IMG/VR virus record: IMGVR_UViG_3300012665_000053
Span: 1-26,579 of that record
Length of the DNA stretch: 26,579 bases
Source of the DNA: a virus
Taxonomy: Duplodnaviria; Caudoviricetes
Strand: one strand, 5' to 3'
The position numbers were made by a program, and so were the translations under genes. Each line of letters begins with the position of its first letter. Positions within the stretch are counted from its first letter, which is position 1. Shown piece after piece: positions 1 to 7,241 of this stretch. The notes beneath the pieces were generated by a model that was not told the DNA's origin, searched no databases, and saw only the letters and a list, made by a program, of their open reading frames with translations.

Positions 1-415
1 GCTGCTCGGCCCGACTTGTCCTGGCTGAAATAAACATCTCAGTCGGTGCAGCATTAAATTCAATCCTCTCTTGCTTGACAGTCAACAATCCCTGTAAAGG
101 CAAAGGCATCGCATTGATCCACCTCTTCAGCTCGGCAAACATCGCGTCATACAGCTGAGAGCTTGTCGGTGCAGTGACCACCACCTTGACCGGACTCCGC
201 GTCATAAAGTACCAGAGCATGGCCCAGCTGCTTGCAGTGGATTTGCCAACCCCGTGGCCAGACCTGACACTTATCTTCCGATCCCCACGGGCAATCGCAC
301 CAAGAAACTTGACTTGCCATGGGTCAGGGTCCACCCCCAAAACCTCCCGCACAAATAGCACGGGGTCCGGCTGATACCGGTCCACCCACTGGGCAAAGAC
401 ATTCTCTTTGATCAC
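1..415 (-). CDS. terL: Terminase large subunit, N-terminal ATPase part (runs off the window edge)
   Basis: Not in the ORF track. Manual translation from GTG at 415 (GTGA overlap with the upstream stop, SD GAGGG) gives MIKENVFAQWVDRYQPDPVLFVREVLGVDPDPWQ...SVRSGHGVGKST...VVVTAPTSSQL. This contains the PWQ adenine-binding motif, Walker A GHGVGKS and the APT motif typical of TerL. Confidence 0.93.
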   Translation of the reverse strand, partial: MIKENVFAQWVDRYQPDPVLFVREVLGVDPDPWQVKFLGAIARGDRKISVRSGHGVGKSTASSWAMLWYFMTRSPVKVVVTAPTSSQLYDAMFAELKRWINAMPLPLQGLLTVKQERIEFNAAPTEMFISARTSRAEQ

Positions 416-609
416 AAATCCCTCACTTGCTTTAAGTTCCGACCCGTGATCCTATCGGTCCAGCATGATGCACACAACCACCTGGTCGCACTCATTTCCA
501 CCCCACCCTCTGGTGGCTTCTGAAGCGCGCACTTATTACAAATCTGTAATTTATGCCCGTGGCAGTTCCCATTCAATCTAACTGGGTTATTTACAAAATT
601 ACTTTTCAT
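412..609 (-). CDS. Small putative zinc-binding protein
   Basis: 65 aa with CNKC...WLCASC (two CxxC pairs). 4-nt overlaps with neighbours on both sides. Confidence 0.7.
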   Translation of the reverse strand: MKSNFVNNPVRLNGNCHGHKLQICNKCALQKPPEGGVEMSATRWLCASCWTDRITGRNLKQVRDL

Positions 610-767
610 TGTATTTTCTGGACTTCATTATCTTTGTGGGTTAACCATTTATTACCCAGCATTCTTAATGCTTTGACATATTGCAGTTGATTATGTCTAT
701 TAGTGCTACGCGGCACATAATCGACATTGAATAACTGGCGTACCTTAATAAGCATTTGCGTATTCAT
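606..767 (-). CDS. Small basic hypothetical protein (53 aa)
   Basis: Start moved from 800 to ATG 767 (MNTQML...), which overlaps the stop of the upstream mini-ORF as ATGA. Confidence 0.65.
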   Translation of the reverse strand: MNTQMLIKVRQLFNVDYVPRSTNRHNQLQYVKALRMLGNKWLTHKDNEVQKIQ

Positions 768-928
768 ATTATCCCCACGATATCGTTGATATTGACCCAT
801 GCGTGTAAAACAGTGATGCCATCTGGACTCATTAAAGTGCAGAAGACCTTGCCGTCTTTTTCCTCATCAGTGTCGATCACGATCCACTCTTGGCCTTTCA
901 GTACCACTGTCGCTAGTTTAGATTTCAT
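764..928 (-). CDS. Small hypothetical protein (54 aa)
   Basis: Not in the ORF track. MKSKLATVVLKGQEWIVIDTDEEKDGKVFCTLMSPDGITVLHAWVNINDIVGII*, with SD GGAG before the ATG and an ATGA overlap with the next gene. Confidence 0.75.
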   Translation of the reverse strand: MKSKLATVVLKGQEWIVIDTDEEKDGKVFCTLMSPDGITVLHAWVNINDIVGII

Positions 929-990
929 CGTTTACTCCGTTGTTTGTGGAGTTGACATTTTTGCACAATTTGACTTGTTTGTTAAGTTCG

Positions 991-1100
991 TTTTTAAAAT
1001 TTTAAAAAATTTTTTTTGTAGGTGTTTAGTGCCGCCACAGTCGCCCCCGCCAAACCGGCCAAGGGGGGGTCGCGGCCACCGACCGCCAGCCGACCACCGC
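991..1100. other. A/T tract plus G/C-run element; candidate packaging (pac/terminus) site or unwinding element
   Basis: 27-nt A/T-only run (991-1017) containing the perfect palindrome TTTTTAAAATTTTAAAAA, followed by C5 (1044-1048), G7 (1063-1069) and CCGACC repeats. It is non-coding and lies between terS and terL. Confidence 0.45.
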
Positions 1101-1104
1101 TGGG

Positions 1105-1205
1105 TTATCCACGGATTTTGGCCAACCTTATCCACAGATTCCTGTGCATAAGTAGGTCTGTAATACTTTAATGCACTTAATTCTGTGGATAACGACTTAT
1201 CCACT
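1105..1205. promoter_or_regulatory. DnaA-box cluster 1 (5 boxes)
   Basis: TTATCCACG 1105-1113, TTATCCACA 1128-1136, TGTGCATAA 1143-1151, TGTGGATAA 1184-1192, TTATCCACT 1197-1205. Three match TTWTNCACA exactly and two have one mismatch. Confidence 0.8.
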
Positions 1206-1237
1206 TAACATAATGGTCGTTGTATAAAGTGACTGAA

Positions 1238-1747
1238 TCATTTGGTATTCATATCTTCAATTGTCACGCTGCGCTTGCGTAATGCATCGAGCGCCATGCT
1301 TCCAAGGTCGATGTTGACCAGTGGCTGCTGCTTGTCACCATACTCGTCTGGAGCCTGCTTAGAGGCCAGCCAGCGCCTTGTGTCCACTCTCAGCTTGGCC
1401 ACCTGTGCCTCTTGAGGCGTGGCAGCGTCTGCAATTTCTAGCGTCTGCTCTGCTAAACTTCTCCCACCTCGGGCGCGCGCACGCGCAAGGGCGGAAGCCC
1501 GTGCTTCGCCCCCTCTTTCAATCCAATCGTAAAAAGCCGTATGGCTCACACCTAACGACCGAGCCAAGCTGAGAATGGTCTCACCTTCGGAGAGTCTGTC
1601 TAGCATGGCAATTTCGCCACCGGCAGCGTGAATCTTCTTGTTGACATCGGTGGCTTCTTTGCGCACAAGAGCTGCTTGCTCTTTCAATCCCATTTGTCTG
1701 GCTGCAATGTTGTCAGCCACCTCTGCCAGTGTTTTAGCTTTTGCCAT
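1238..1747 (-). CDS. terS: Terminase small subunit (Sf6 gp1-like)
   Basis: N-terminal HTH (GETILSLARSLGVSHTAFYDWI) followed by LEIAD...AKLRVDTRRWLASKQAPDEYGDK, characteristic of this TerS family. It lies upstream of terL. Confidence 0.85.
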   Translation of the reverse strand: MAKAKTLAEVADNIAARQMGLKEQAALVRKEATDVNKKIHAAGGEIAMLDRLSEGETILSLARSLGVSHTAFYDWIERGGEARASALARARARGGRSLAEQTLEIADAATPQEAQVAKLRVDTRRWLASKQAPDEYGDKQQPLVNIDLGSMALDALRKRSVTIEDMNTK

Positions 1748-2108
1748 TCAAGTAATCCTCAATGATTTTGATTGCATCTGGCGCTGATCGTGAGACCAGG
1801 CACAGATATCCTTTTGCGTTTAATTGCAAACCCACAGAGCTTTGTTTGCCTGATACCACTCCGGCCTTGGTCTTCATCTCGATGAAAAGCCCGTGAAAGC
1901 CATTTTTAGGCTCTAAGACGCACAGATCAGGCATCCCTGCTAAAACCCCTTCAGAATGCAATCTAACGCGCTCTGAGGCCGTTCTATCGCCTCCATTGGG
2001 TATTGCTGCAATGATGACCTCCGGATGGAACGCTCGAACGTGTTGCACCACCTTGACCTGGTCAATGTGTTCAATGCTTTTGCGCTTGCGCTTTATGTCA
2101 ACCACCAT
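1734..2108 (-). CDS. VRR-NUC domain nuclease (putative Holliday-junction resolvase)
   Basis: EH..Q, IPNGG, G..AGMPDL, LFIEMK...G..S..Q PD-(D/E)XK motifs. Start trimmed to ATG 2108. Confidence 0.88.
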   Translation of the reverse strand: MVVDIKRKRKSIEHIDQVKVVQHVRAFHPEVIIAAIPNGGDRTASERVRLHSEGVLAGMPDLCVLEPKNGFHGLFIEMKTKAGVVSGKQSSVGLQLNAKGYLCLVSRSAPDAIKIIEDYLNGKS

Positions 2109-2413
2109 GCTTCGGATTCTACAGCCGAGGCTTTGGTCTGGTACATGTGACATCGGTGTTTGACATCGGTCGGGAATGCAGCCAGTCCCGTTTGGCTGCA
2201 CTGATGTTCGGACCATGTGACTGTTGCCCATCCACCTTTGACCTTTGCCTGGTCAAACATCCACTGCAATGGTTTTGCGTTGACCTTCCTGTGCCTTTCC
2301 ATCTGCTCGGCTGGCATGGACTGGCGTTGTTCGACCATTTCCGCATTAGCGCAGTTTTGGCAGAAAACGCGCTCATCTTCGACCATTTCATCAATTGTGG
2401 ATAACCTGTGCAT
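2093..2413 (-). CDS. Cys/His-containing hypothetical protein, possibly zinc-binding
   Basis: 106 aa with CQNC...HQC...HRC and SD AAGGA. The start codon lies within a DnaA box. Confidence 0.7.
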   Translation of the reverse strand: MHRLSTIDEMVEDERVFCQNCANAEMVEQRQSMPAEQMERHRKVNAKPLQWMFDQAKVKGGWATVTWSEHQCSQTGLAAFPTDVKHRCHMYQTKASAVESEAWWLT

Positions 2414-2631
2414 AACTTTCCTTTCTGTTGGACCATCTAATGCTCGTTTCTAATACGGAAACCCCTTAAGGAATTTTCCGCCTTTCCGCATTAGAAATTG
2501 AAGTACCTTCCAAGCCGAGACTGGTCTGTGGATAAGTGGGTCTAATGACCCCACTTATCCAACAATCCCTGCCATTGTCTAATACGGAATTCCGTATTAG
2601 TTCCGTATTAGTTCCGCCTTTCCGCATTAGA
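2339..2631. repeat. Iteron-like 11-bp repeat array (TTCCGYATTAG); putative replication origin
   Basis: Copies at 2339, 2484, 2590, 2601, 2620 (forward) and 2450, 2579 (inverted). A perfect 22-bp palindrome spans 2579-2600, and the 20-mer TTCCGCCTTTCCGCATTAGA occurs at 2476 and 2612. The array is immediately downstream of the replication gene. Confidence 0.8.
2396..2563. promoter_or_regulatory. DnaA-box cluster 2
   Basis: TGTGGATAA 2396-2404 and TGTGCATAA 2407-2415 (tandem, 11-bp period), TGTGGATAA 2527-2535, and a degenerate TTATCCAAC 2555-2563. The last two form the arms of an imperfect inverted repeat. Confidence 0.75.
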
Positions 2632-2635
2632 CCAA

Positions 2636-4792
2636 TCATGAGAGTTTCACCCAGCCTGATGACGGCTCATTTGGTGCGAATCTGGTGAAGATGGCCGTGC
2701 CAATGTGCTTGCGGATATAGCCTGCGTCACTGCCTTTGACAGTGCTAAATATTTCAGTCCAATCGAGTTGATAAGCGTTTTGAAGTTCTTTTGGCACAAC
2801 TGGCCTGCCTGGCCCCCTTCGCATAATGACGCTGCCTTTGTCGTTGATGATGGCTTGGACATGGTTGCAGACTTCATCGCACTTGTCTTGGATGCGCTGC
2901 TCTTTGGCGTTGTCTTGCATTGATTGCTTGGCGGCCATTCGGTCTTGTTCTGACGACATGGCTGGAATGGCCACCCGACAAATAATCTCTTGCATATCAC
3001 CAGCTGGGGTTAAGACAACTTCTGGGAATGTGATGGAGTCGAATTTGATCTCTCTAAACTGAGGCTCGTAGCGCGTTTTTGTCAGCTTTAGGTAGCGCTG
3101 GTTATCCTCATCCATGAAAAGCACTCCTGTGAGGGTTGCATCGCCTGTGAATGCACTTGCACCACGGGCCATGGCATCGGAGTCTTGTCGGCTAATAGTT
3201 TTGTTGGTATGGGTCAGGATACAGACTGGCGCTTTTTGCTGGACAAATATGGTCTGCTTGATGGCGGCAATATAGGCTCCAACTTCTGAATTGTCATTCT
3301 CGTTGTCAATATCCATGGTCGCATTAGCCGTGTCCAGGACTAATAATGGCTTAACACCATTAAATGTGTGGCGCTCAATATTATGTGCAAGTCTTAATAA
3401 ATCTTTGACATTGGACCTTCTGGCATCAATAACCACAAACCAGTCGTTTAGGTTATTTATTCCATAATGCTTTGAATATGCGAAAAGAGTTCTGATTATC
3501 TGGTCACTATCTTCTGTCACGATAATTGACTTGCGTTTCTTTTTAGCGTGAATCTCGCAGCCATCCACTGAAAACCCTGCCATGACCATGCACATTGACA
3601 GCACTGCCGTGGTTTTTCCGACTCCAGGCTGACCGGCCAAGATGAAAAACGAATGGGCCATGAAGCCCTCGATCAGGTAATCGATGGGGTTTAAATGGGT
3701 CAGGTCTAGCGTCAGCTCTGGCCATGATGGGTCTGGTGCGTCTTCTGTGACTGGTGCATTGATCACCGCAGCAAAGTCTTCCACCGCTGATTTGCGCTCG
3801 GCCTGTTTGGTTGGCGGCTCCCACCCACAATCTTTGGCGTGTTTGAAAAGTGTGCCAATGCCAACACCCTTGCCCTGATGAAAGCTCTTCCAGTGGGTCT
3901 CGATGTCTTTTGTGCCTTGGTACTTGCTACCGCCTTGGGACCATGAGTCCCACATATTTAAGCCTTGCTCTCCAAATTCTGAGTGCAAAGCCTGACCGAT
4001 CTCAATCCACTGGTCGTAATCACAGTCTGGGCTAATGTGCTGCAAAGCCTGCGCAGCCTTGGCCATTTCATCTGGCGCGCCTTTGGACAACATAGCCGTG
4101 AAGTCAAATGATTGTGAGGGCGCGGCAGGCTTTGGCTCTTGCAGTTGATGCTGCTCGATGATGCCCCAGTCCATTAACAATTCATGCAAATTGACGGCCT
4201 CTTGGAATTCACCGACCAATTGTTTGCCACTCAGTAGCACTGACTTTCCGGCACTGTTTGGCAGGCCAAATACTTCCAGTTCTTGGCCACCGCCCAGTTT
4301 GTACTTAGGCAGCACCTGGTCAGATTCTTTGGGTGGTTGGACCCATAAAAAGACATGACGGCCACGGCCTGAGACAGAGACCTCGGTCAGCATCTTGTTC
4401 TGTTTCACATACTTGGCCATGCGCTGAATGGCCACGTTGGTCGGTCCTGATGCGTGTTTCATATCCACATCAAGGCAAACCAAATAGTTCCCTGATGCGC
4501 TGATGATGGGGCGCTGCTGGACTAGGCCAAGATATTGGCCATGTGGAGCCTCTTCCATGGTCCAGACATCTTCAGCGTTGTATAGGTCTGTCGGGTCTGT
4601 ATCCCGTGCCACACCTTGGCCAGATCGCTTGTAGGGGATTTTTTTGGAGCCTTGCAGGGCAAAGGTACAGAAGACGGCATCGGGGGCCACAGCGCCTATT
4701 TTGCAGGCGACAGACTGGGACTGCTGAAATGTGTTGTTTTGGGGTGTTTCAGTTATGATTGACACTGAAATTCCTTTTGTTGGGGGTTTCAT
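2636..4792 (-). CDS. Primase-polymerase (AEP) / PriCT-2 / AAA_25 (RepA-like) helicase fusion replication protein
   Basis: AEP motifs LDVD and SVSGRGRH; PriCT-2 (DYDQWIEIGQALH...WDSWS...WKSF...IGTLF...GW); Walker A GQPGVGKT, Walker B LLVLDT, RGASAFTGD. There is an alternative GTG start at 4765 with SD AAGGA. Confidence 0.92.
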   Translation of the reverse strand: MKPPTKGISVSIITETPQNNTFQQSQSVACKIGAVAPDAVFCTFALQGSKKIPYKRSGQGVARDTDPTDLYNAEDVWTMEEAPHGQYLGLVQQRPIISASGNYLVCLDVDMKHASGPTNVAIQRMAKYVKQNKMLTEVSVSGRGRHVFLWVQPPKESDQVLPKYKLGGGQELEVFGLPNSAGKSVLLSGKQLVGEFQEAVNLHELLMDWGIIEQHQLQEPKPAAPSQSFDFTAMLSKGAPDEMAKAAQALQHISPDCDYDQWIEIGQALHSEFGEQGLNMWDSWSQGGSKYQGTKDIETHWKSFHQGKGVGIGTLFKHAKDCGWEPPTKQAERKSAVEDFAAVINAPVTEDAPDPSWPELTLDLTHLNPIDYLIEGFMAHSFFILAGQPGVGKTTAVLSMCMVMAGFSVDGCEIHAKKKRKSIIVTEDSDQIIRTLFAYSKHYGINNLNDWFVVIDARRSNVKDLLRLAHNIERHTFNGVKPLLVLDTANATMDIDNENDNSEVGAYIAAIKQTIFVQQKAPVCILTHTNKTISRQDSDAMARGASAFTGDATLTGVLFMDEDNQRYLKLTKTRYEPQFREIKFDSITFPEVVLTPAGDMQEIICRVAIPAMSSEQDRMAAKQSMQDNAKEQRIQDKCDEVCNHVQAIINDKGSVIMRRGPGRPVVPKELQNAYQLDWTEIFSTVKGSDAGYIRKHIGTAIFTRFAPNEPSSGWVKLS

Positions 4793-4820
4793 TTGTTAGT
4801 TGCCATGAGAGTTGACCTTT

Positions 4821-4859
4821 GACCTGGTAGCGTTTACGCGCTATCAGGTCTTTTCTTTT
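4821..4859 (+). terminator. Rho-independent terminator, antisense to the surrounding genes
   Basis: GACCTGGTAGCG-TTTACG-CGCTATCAGGTC (12-bp stem with one G-U pair on the + strand) followed by TTTTCTTTT. Confidence 0.7.
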
Positions 4860-4872
4860 GGCAGGGATGTGA

Positions 4873-4901
4873 ATTCTATTCCTTCGCCTTTTCTTTGACT
4901 A
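4873..4901 (-). promoter_or_regulatory. Putative sigma70 promoter for the replication gene
   Basis: Minus strand TAGTCA-17 bp-TAGAAT, overlapping the stop of the nuclease gene. Confidence 0.45.
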
Positions 4902-5889
4902 GGGAAGATGCAGCCTGCTTCTCACCGACTAGGTCTTCGGACACCTCGACACCGAGTTTCAAGACAGCACTGGGCGACTTCAGCTCCCAGACCTTTAAGT
5001 TGTCTTTGAATGCTTCCATGACCAGCGCCTCGTCTTTCCAAAATTTTGTCTTACGGCCTGCCCTCATGGTCCAGCCATCAATGGCTTTGCCTTCAGTAAT
5101 CTGAGCCTTGGCAGCAGACTGCACTGCATCGGCCCATGCGGCCACCAGAGCAGCGTTGTCTAGCATCTCTGGGGTAACAGTGGTGTCAGGCTTGAAATCG
5201 TTCCTAGCGACCTCTTGGACCTTCTCACGCATACTGGGGCAAATGGTCTTGGCTTTGCAGTACCGACAAGCATCAGGGCTTGGATTGGTTGGTGCATCGC
5301 CTGAGAGCGCCAGCTCGGCAGCGGTCTTGAGTCTTTCGCCATGCTCGACAAGCTCTTGGCCAGTGACTGTCCACTTGCTGTGGCCCACACGGGGCTGAAA
5401 GATGTGCATGGTGCAAGTGATGTGGCTGGGCGCTTTGAATTGCCTCATGGCTCCCAATGCATAGGTCAGCAGCTGCTTGTTGTCTGTGGCATCAACAGCC
5501 ACTCGGCCAGTCTTTAGGTCAACGACATGAAGATGGTCTCCATCGACCAAGACTGCATCGGCCGTGCCACCAAGTGCTGGGTGCAGAGACTTCAGACCTT
5601 CGTCTAGGTTGACTTCGATGAGCTTTTTGCGCGGATTCTCGACCAGAGTGTTGACAAAGTCCGCATAGGCTTGGGCCATAGCAATGTGGTCAGGATCAGT
5701 TCCGGCTGGTACTTCACCATTGCGCAGAATGATCTCAGACAGCTCATGAATCGCTGTGCCAATGGCCGCGGCTTCACCGGCCGGCTCATAAGGCATGAGG
5801 GACTCAAGCCGGTATGAGCCAGGGCAAGACATGAAGCGGTCTGTTCTGGATGCTGAGAGTCGGGCGTGTTTTCGGGTTTCATGTTGCAT
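4876..5889 (-). CDS. Cas4-like PD-(D/E)XK nuclease (DUF2800 family)
   Basis: HARLSAS...CPGS, GTAIH, GTAD...VVDLKTG, QLLTYALG, CRYC..KTICP (1+3 Cys arrangement). Start moved to ATG 5889 with SD GGAGA. Confidence 0.9.
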   Translation of the reverse strand: MQHETRKHARLSASRTDRFMSCPGSYRLESLMPYEPAGEAAAIGTAIHELSEIILRNGEVPAGTDPDHIAMAQAYADFVNTLVENPRKKLIEVNLDEGLKSLHPALGGTADAVLVDGDHLHVVDLKTGRVAVDATDNKQLLTYALGAMRQFKAPSHITCTMHIFQPRVGHSKWTVTGQELVEHGERLKTAAELALSGDAPTNPSPDACRYCKAKTICPSMREKVQEVARNDFKPDTTVTPEMLDNAALVAAWADAVQSAAKAQITEGKAIDGWTMRAGRKTKFWKDEALVMEAFKDNLKVWELKSPSAVLKLGVEVSEDLVGEKQAASSLVKEKAKE

Positions 5890-5903
5890 GGTTTCTCCAA
5901 GGG

Positions 5904-7130
5904 TTAAATGATTTGGTTGACGACATTGAGCTTCTTTAAAACCTTGGCCAGCACATTGTGGTCTAGACTGGCTTTGATGGTCAGAATGTAGATGACGGGT
6001 GGAATGCCTGACTTGTTGATGTTCTCGACTCGGCTTGATGCCTGCTCCAGTGCTGATGTGGACCAAGTGCATTCGACAAAGACAATCGTGTCGGCAGCGG
6101 ATAGGTCCACACCTTCAGACATGGCGGCAATGTTGCCAATGATGCATTTGGTCTGGCCAGACTGAAAGTCTTTGAGCGCCTGGTCGCGCTTGGCCCTTGA
6201 CGTTTCACCCGTAATAACTACGGGTTTGTGTTCTTTCAGCTCATCTTGCAGGGCTTGGACCACATCCTTATGGTGCGCAAACACGACCACCGGCTCTTCG
6301 GCCTGGAGCAAATCACAGATGAATTCACTGGCAGCCTTGACCTTGCGCATACCGGCTTCACGCATGATCTCTGCCAGGCCCTCAAAGGCCATCAAGGCAT
6401 TCGGGTTGGCCATCAAGGCATCGGCATCAAAGGCTTGCTCTCGCTTGTCATTGGCCAGATCAAAGGTAATCAGTGAAACCTGTGGGTCTTTGTAGTCTTT
6501 GAAGATGTTTTCTTTTTTGCGTCTCAGGACATGGGGCTTCATCAGCTCTTTGAGTTCGACCAGGTTAGACGCGCCACTGGTGTCTAGCCCCCATGGCGCG
6601 ACCCACATCTTTGCGTATCGACCTGCAAAGTCGTACCAGCCGCCTCTGTAAATGCCAAGGCCGTGCAAGATGGGCCATAGTTCAATCGGCCTGTTTGGGA
6701 TGGGTGTGCCAGACAATGCATAAACATGACCAATCTTTTTCATGGCCAGCATTGCAGCCTTCGTTCTTTGGGCCTTTGGATTCTTGATCCTGTGGCACTC
6801 ATCGAGAACTAGGGTCTTATATCTGTCCACTTGCGTAACACCATATTGCAAGACATCGTAGTTGATGATGGTGATATCTGCACTATTCACCTCTGAAGCC
6901 TCACGTTTTCCATTGACCACATGGACTGAGACGTTGGGGGCTAGTCTTTGGAAAGCCGCCTCCCAGACTGTCTTGGCAATGGCAGGGCAAACGATCAGGG
7001 CTGGTAGGTTTTCAAGTGCAGCAGCTGCTGTGGGTAGCGTCTTACCAACCCGTGGCTGGTCGGCCAGTATGGCCCTGCGCCTAGACAGCAAGAAGAGCTT
7101 GGCCTCTTGCTGATGGGGGAATAACTGCAT
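5904..7130 (-). CDS. SNF2-like superfamily 2 helicase
   Basis: LFPHQ, ADQPRVGKT, LIVCPA, LVLDECH, LSGTP, EGVDL, EQASSRV motifs. SD GAGG. Confidence 0.92.
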   Translation of the reverse strand: MQLFPHQQEAKLFLLSRRRAILADQPRVGKTLPTAAAALENLPALIVCPAIAKTVWEAAFQRLAPNVSVHVVNGKREASEVNSADITIINYDVLQYGVTQVDRYKTLVLDECHRIKNPKAQRTKAAMLAMKKIGHVYALSGTPIPNRPIELWPILHGLGIYRGGWYDFAGRYAKMWVAPWGLDTSGASNLVELKELMKPHVLRRKKENIFKDYKDPQVSLITFDLANDKREQAFDADALMANPNALMAFEGLAEIMREAGMRKVKAASEFICDLLQAEEPVVVFAHHKDVVQALQDELKEHKPVVITGETSRAKRDQALKDFQSGQTKCIIGNIAAMSEGVDLSAADTIVFVECTWSTSALEQASSRVENINKSGIPPVIYILTIKASLDHNVLAKVLKKLNVVNQII

Positions 7131-7153
7131 GATCGTTTCCTCGTTTTAAGTTG

Positions 7154-7187
7154 TTGCGATCATATCTGCATTTGTGCTAAAGTGCAA
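7154..7187. promoter_or_regulatory. Overlapping divergent sigma70 promoters (helicase operon and SSB)
   Basis: Minus strand: TTGCAC(7187-7182)-17-TATGAT(7164-7159). Plus strand: TTGCGA(7154-7159)-18-TAAAGT(7178-7183) with a TGn extended -10. Confidence 0.6.
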
Positions 7188-7241
7188 TTTCTGTTTGACG
7201 ACAGAAACGTAAAAACCTTAAACCCTTAAAAGGAAAAAACC

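Noticed and set aside
932-1204. 90-aa minus ORF and 131-aa plus ORF (756-1151) across the terS-terL gap
   Set aside because: They run through DnaA boxes, homopolymer tracts or antisense to real genes, with no convincing SD or protein-like composition.
2109-2231. N-terminal extension of the VRR-NUC ORF
   Set aside because: It overlaps the upstream gene extensively, and the domain starts after 2108.
2339-2631. Repeat array as a possible mini-CRISPR, given the Cas4-like gene nearby
   Set aside because: The repeats are 11 bp, irregularly spaced and in both orientations, with no spacer periodicity. DUF2800 nucleases are common stand-alone phage replication/recombination genes.
4759-4764. Perfect TTGACA on the plus strand near the replication gene start
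   Set aside because: There is no -10 element at 16-18 bp (the sequence there is GGGGGT), so it is not called as a promoter.
5890-6072. N-terminal extension of the Cas4-like ORF in the track
   Set aside because: It overlaps the helicase gene. The ATG at 5889 has a good SD and begins the recognisable domain.
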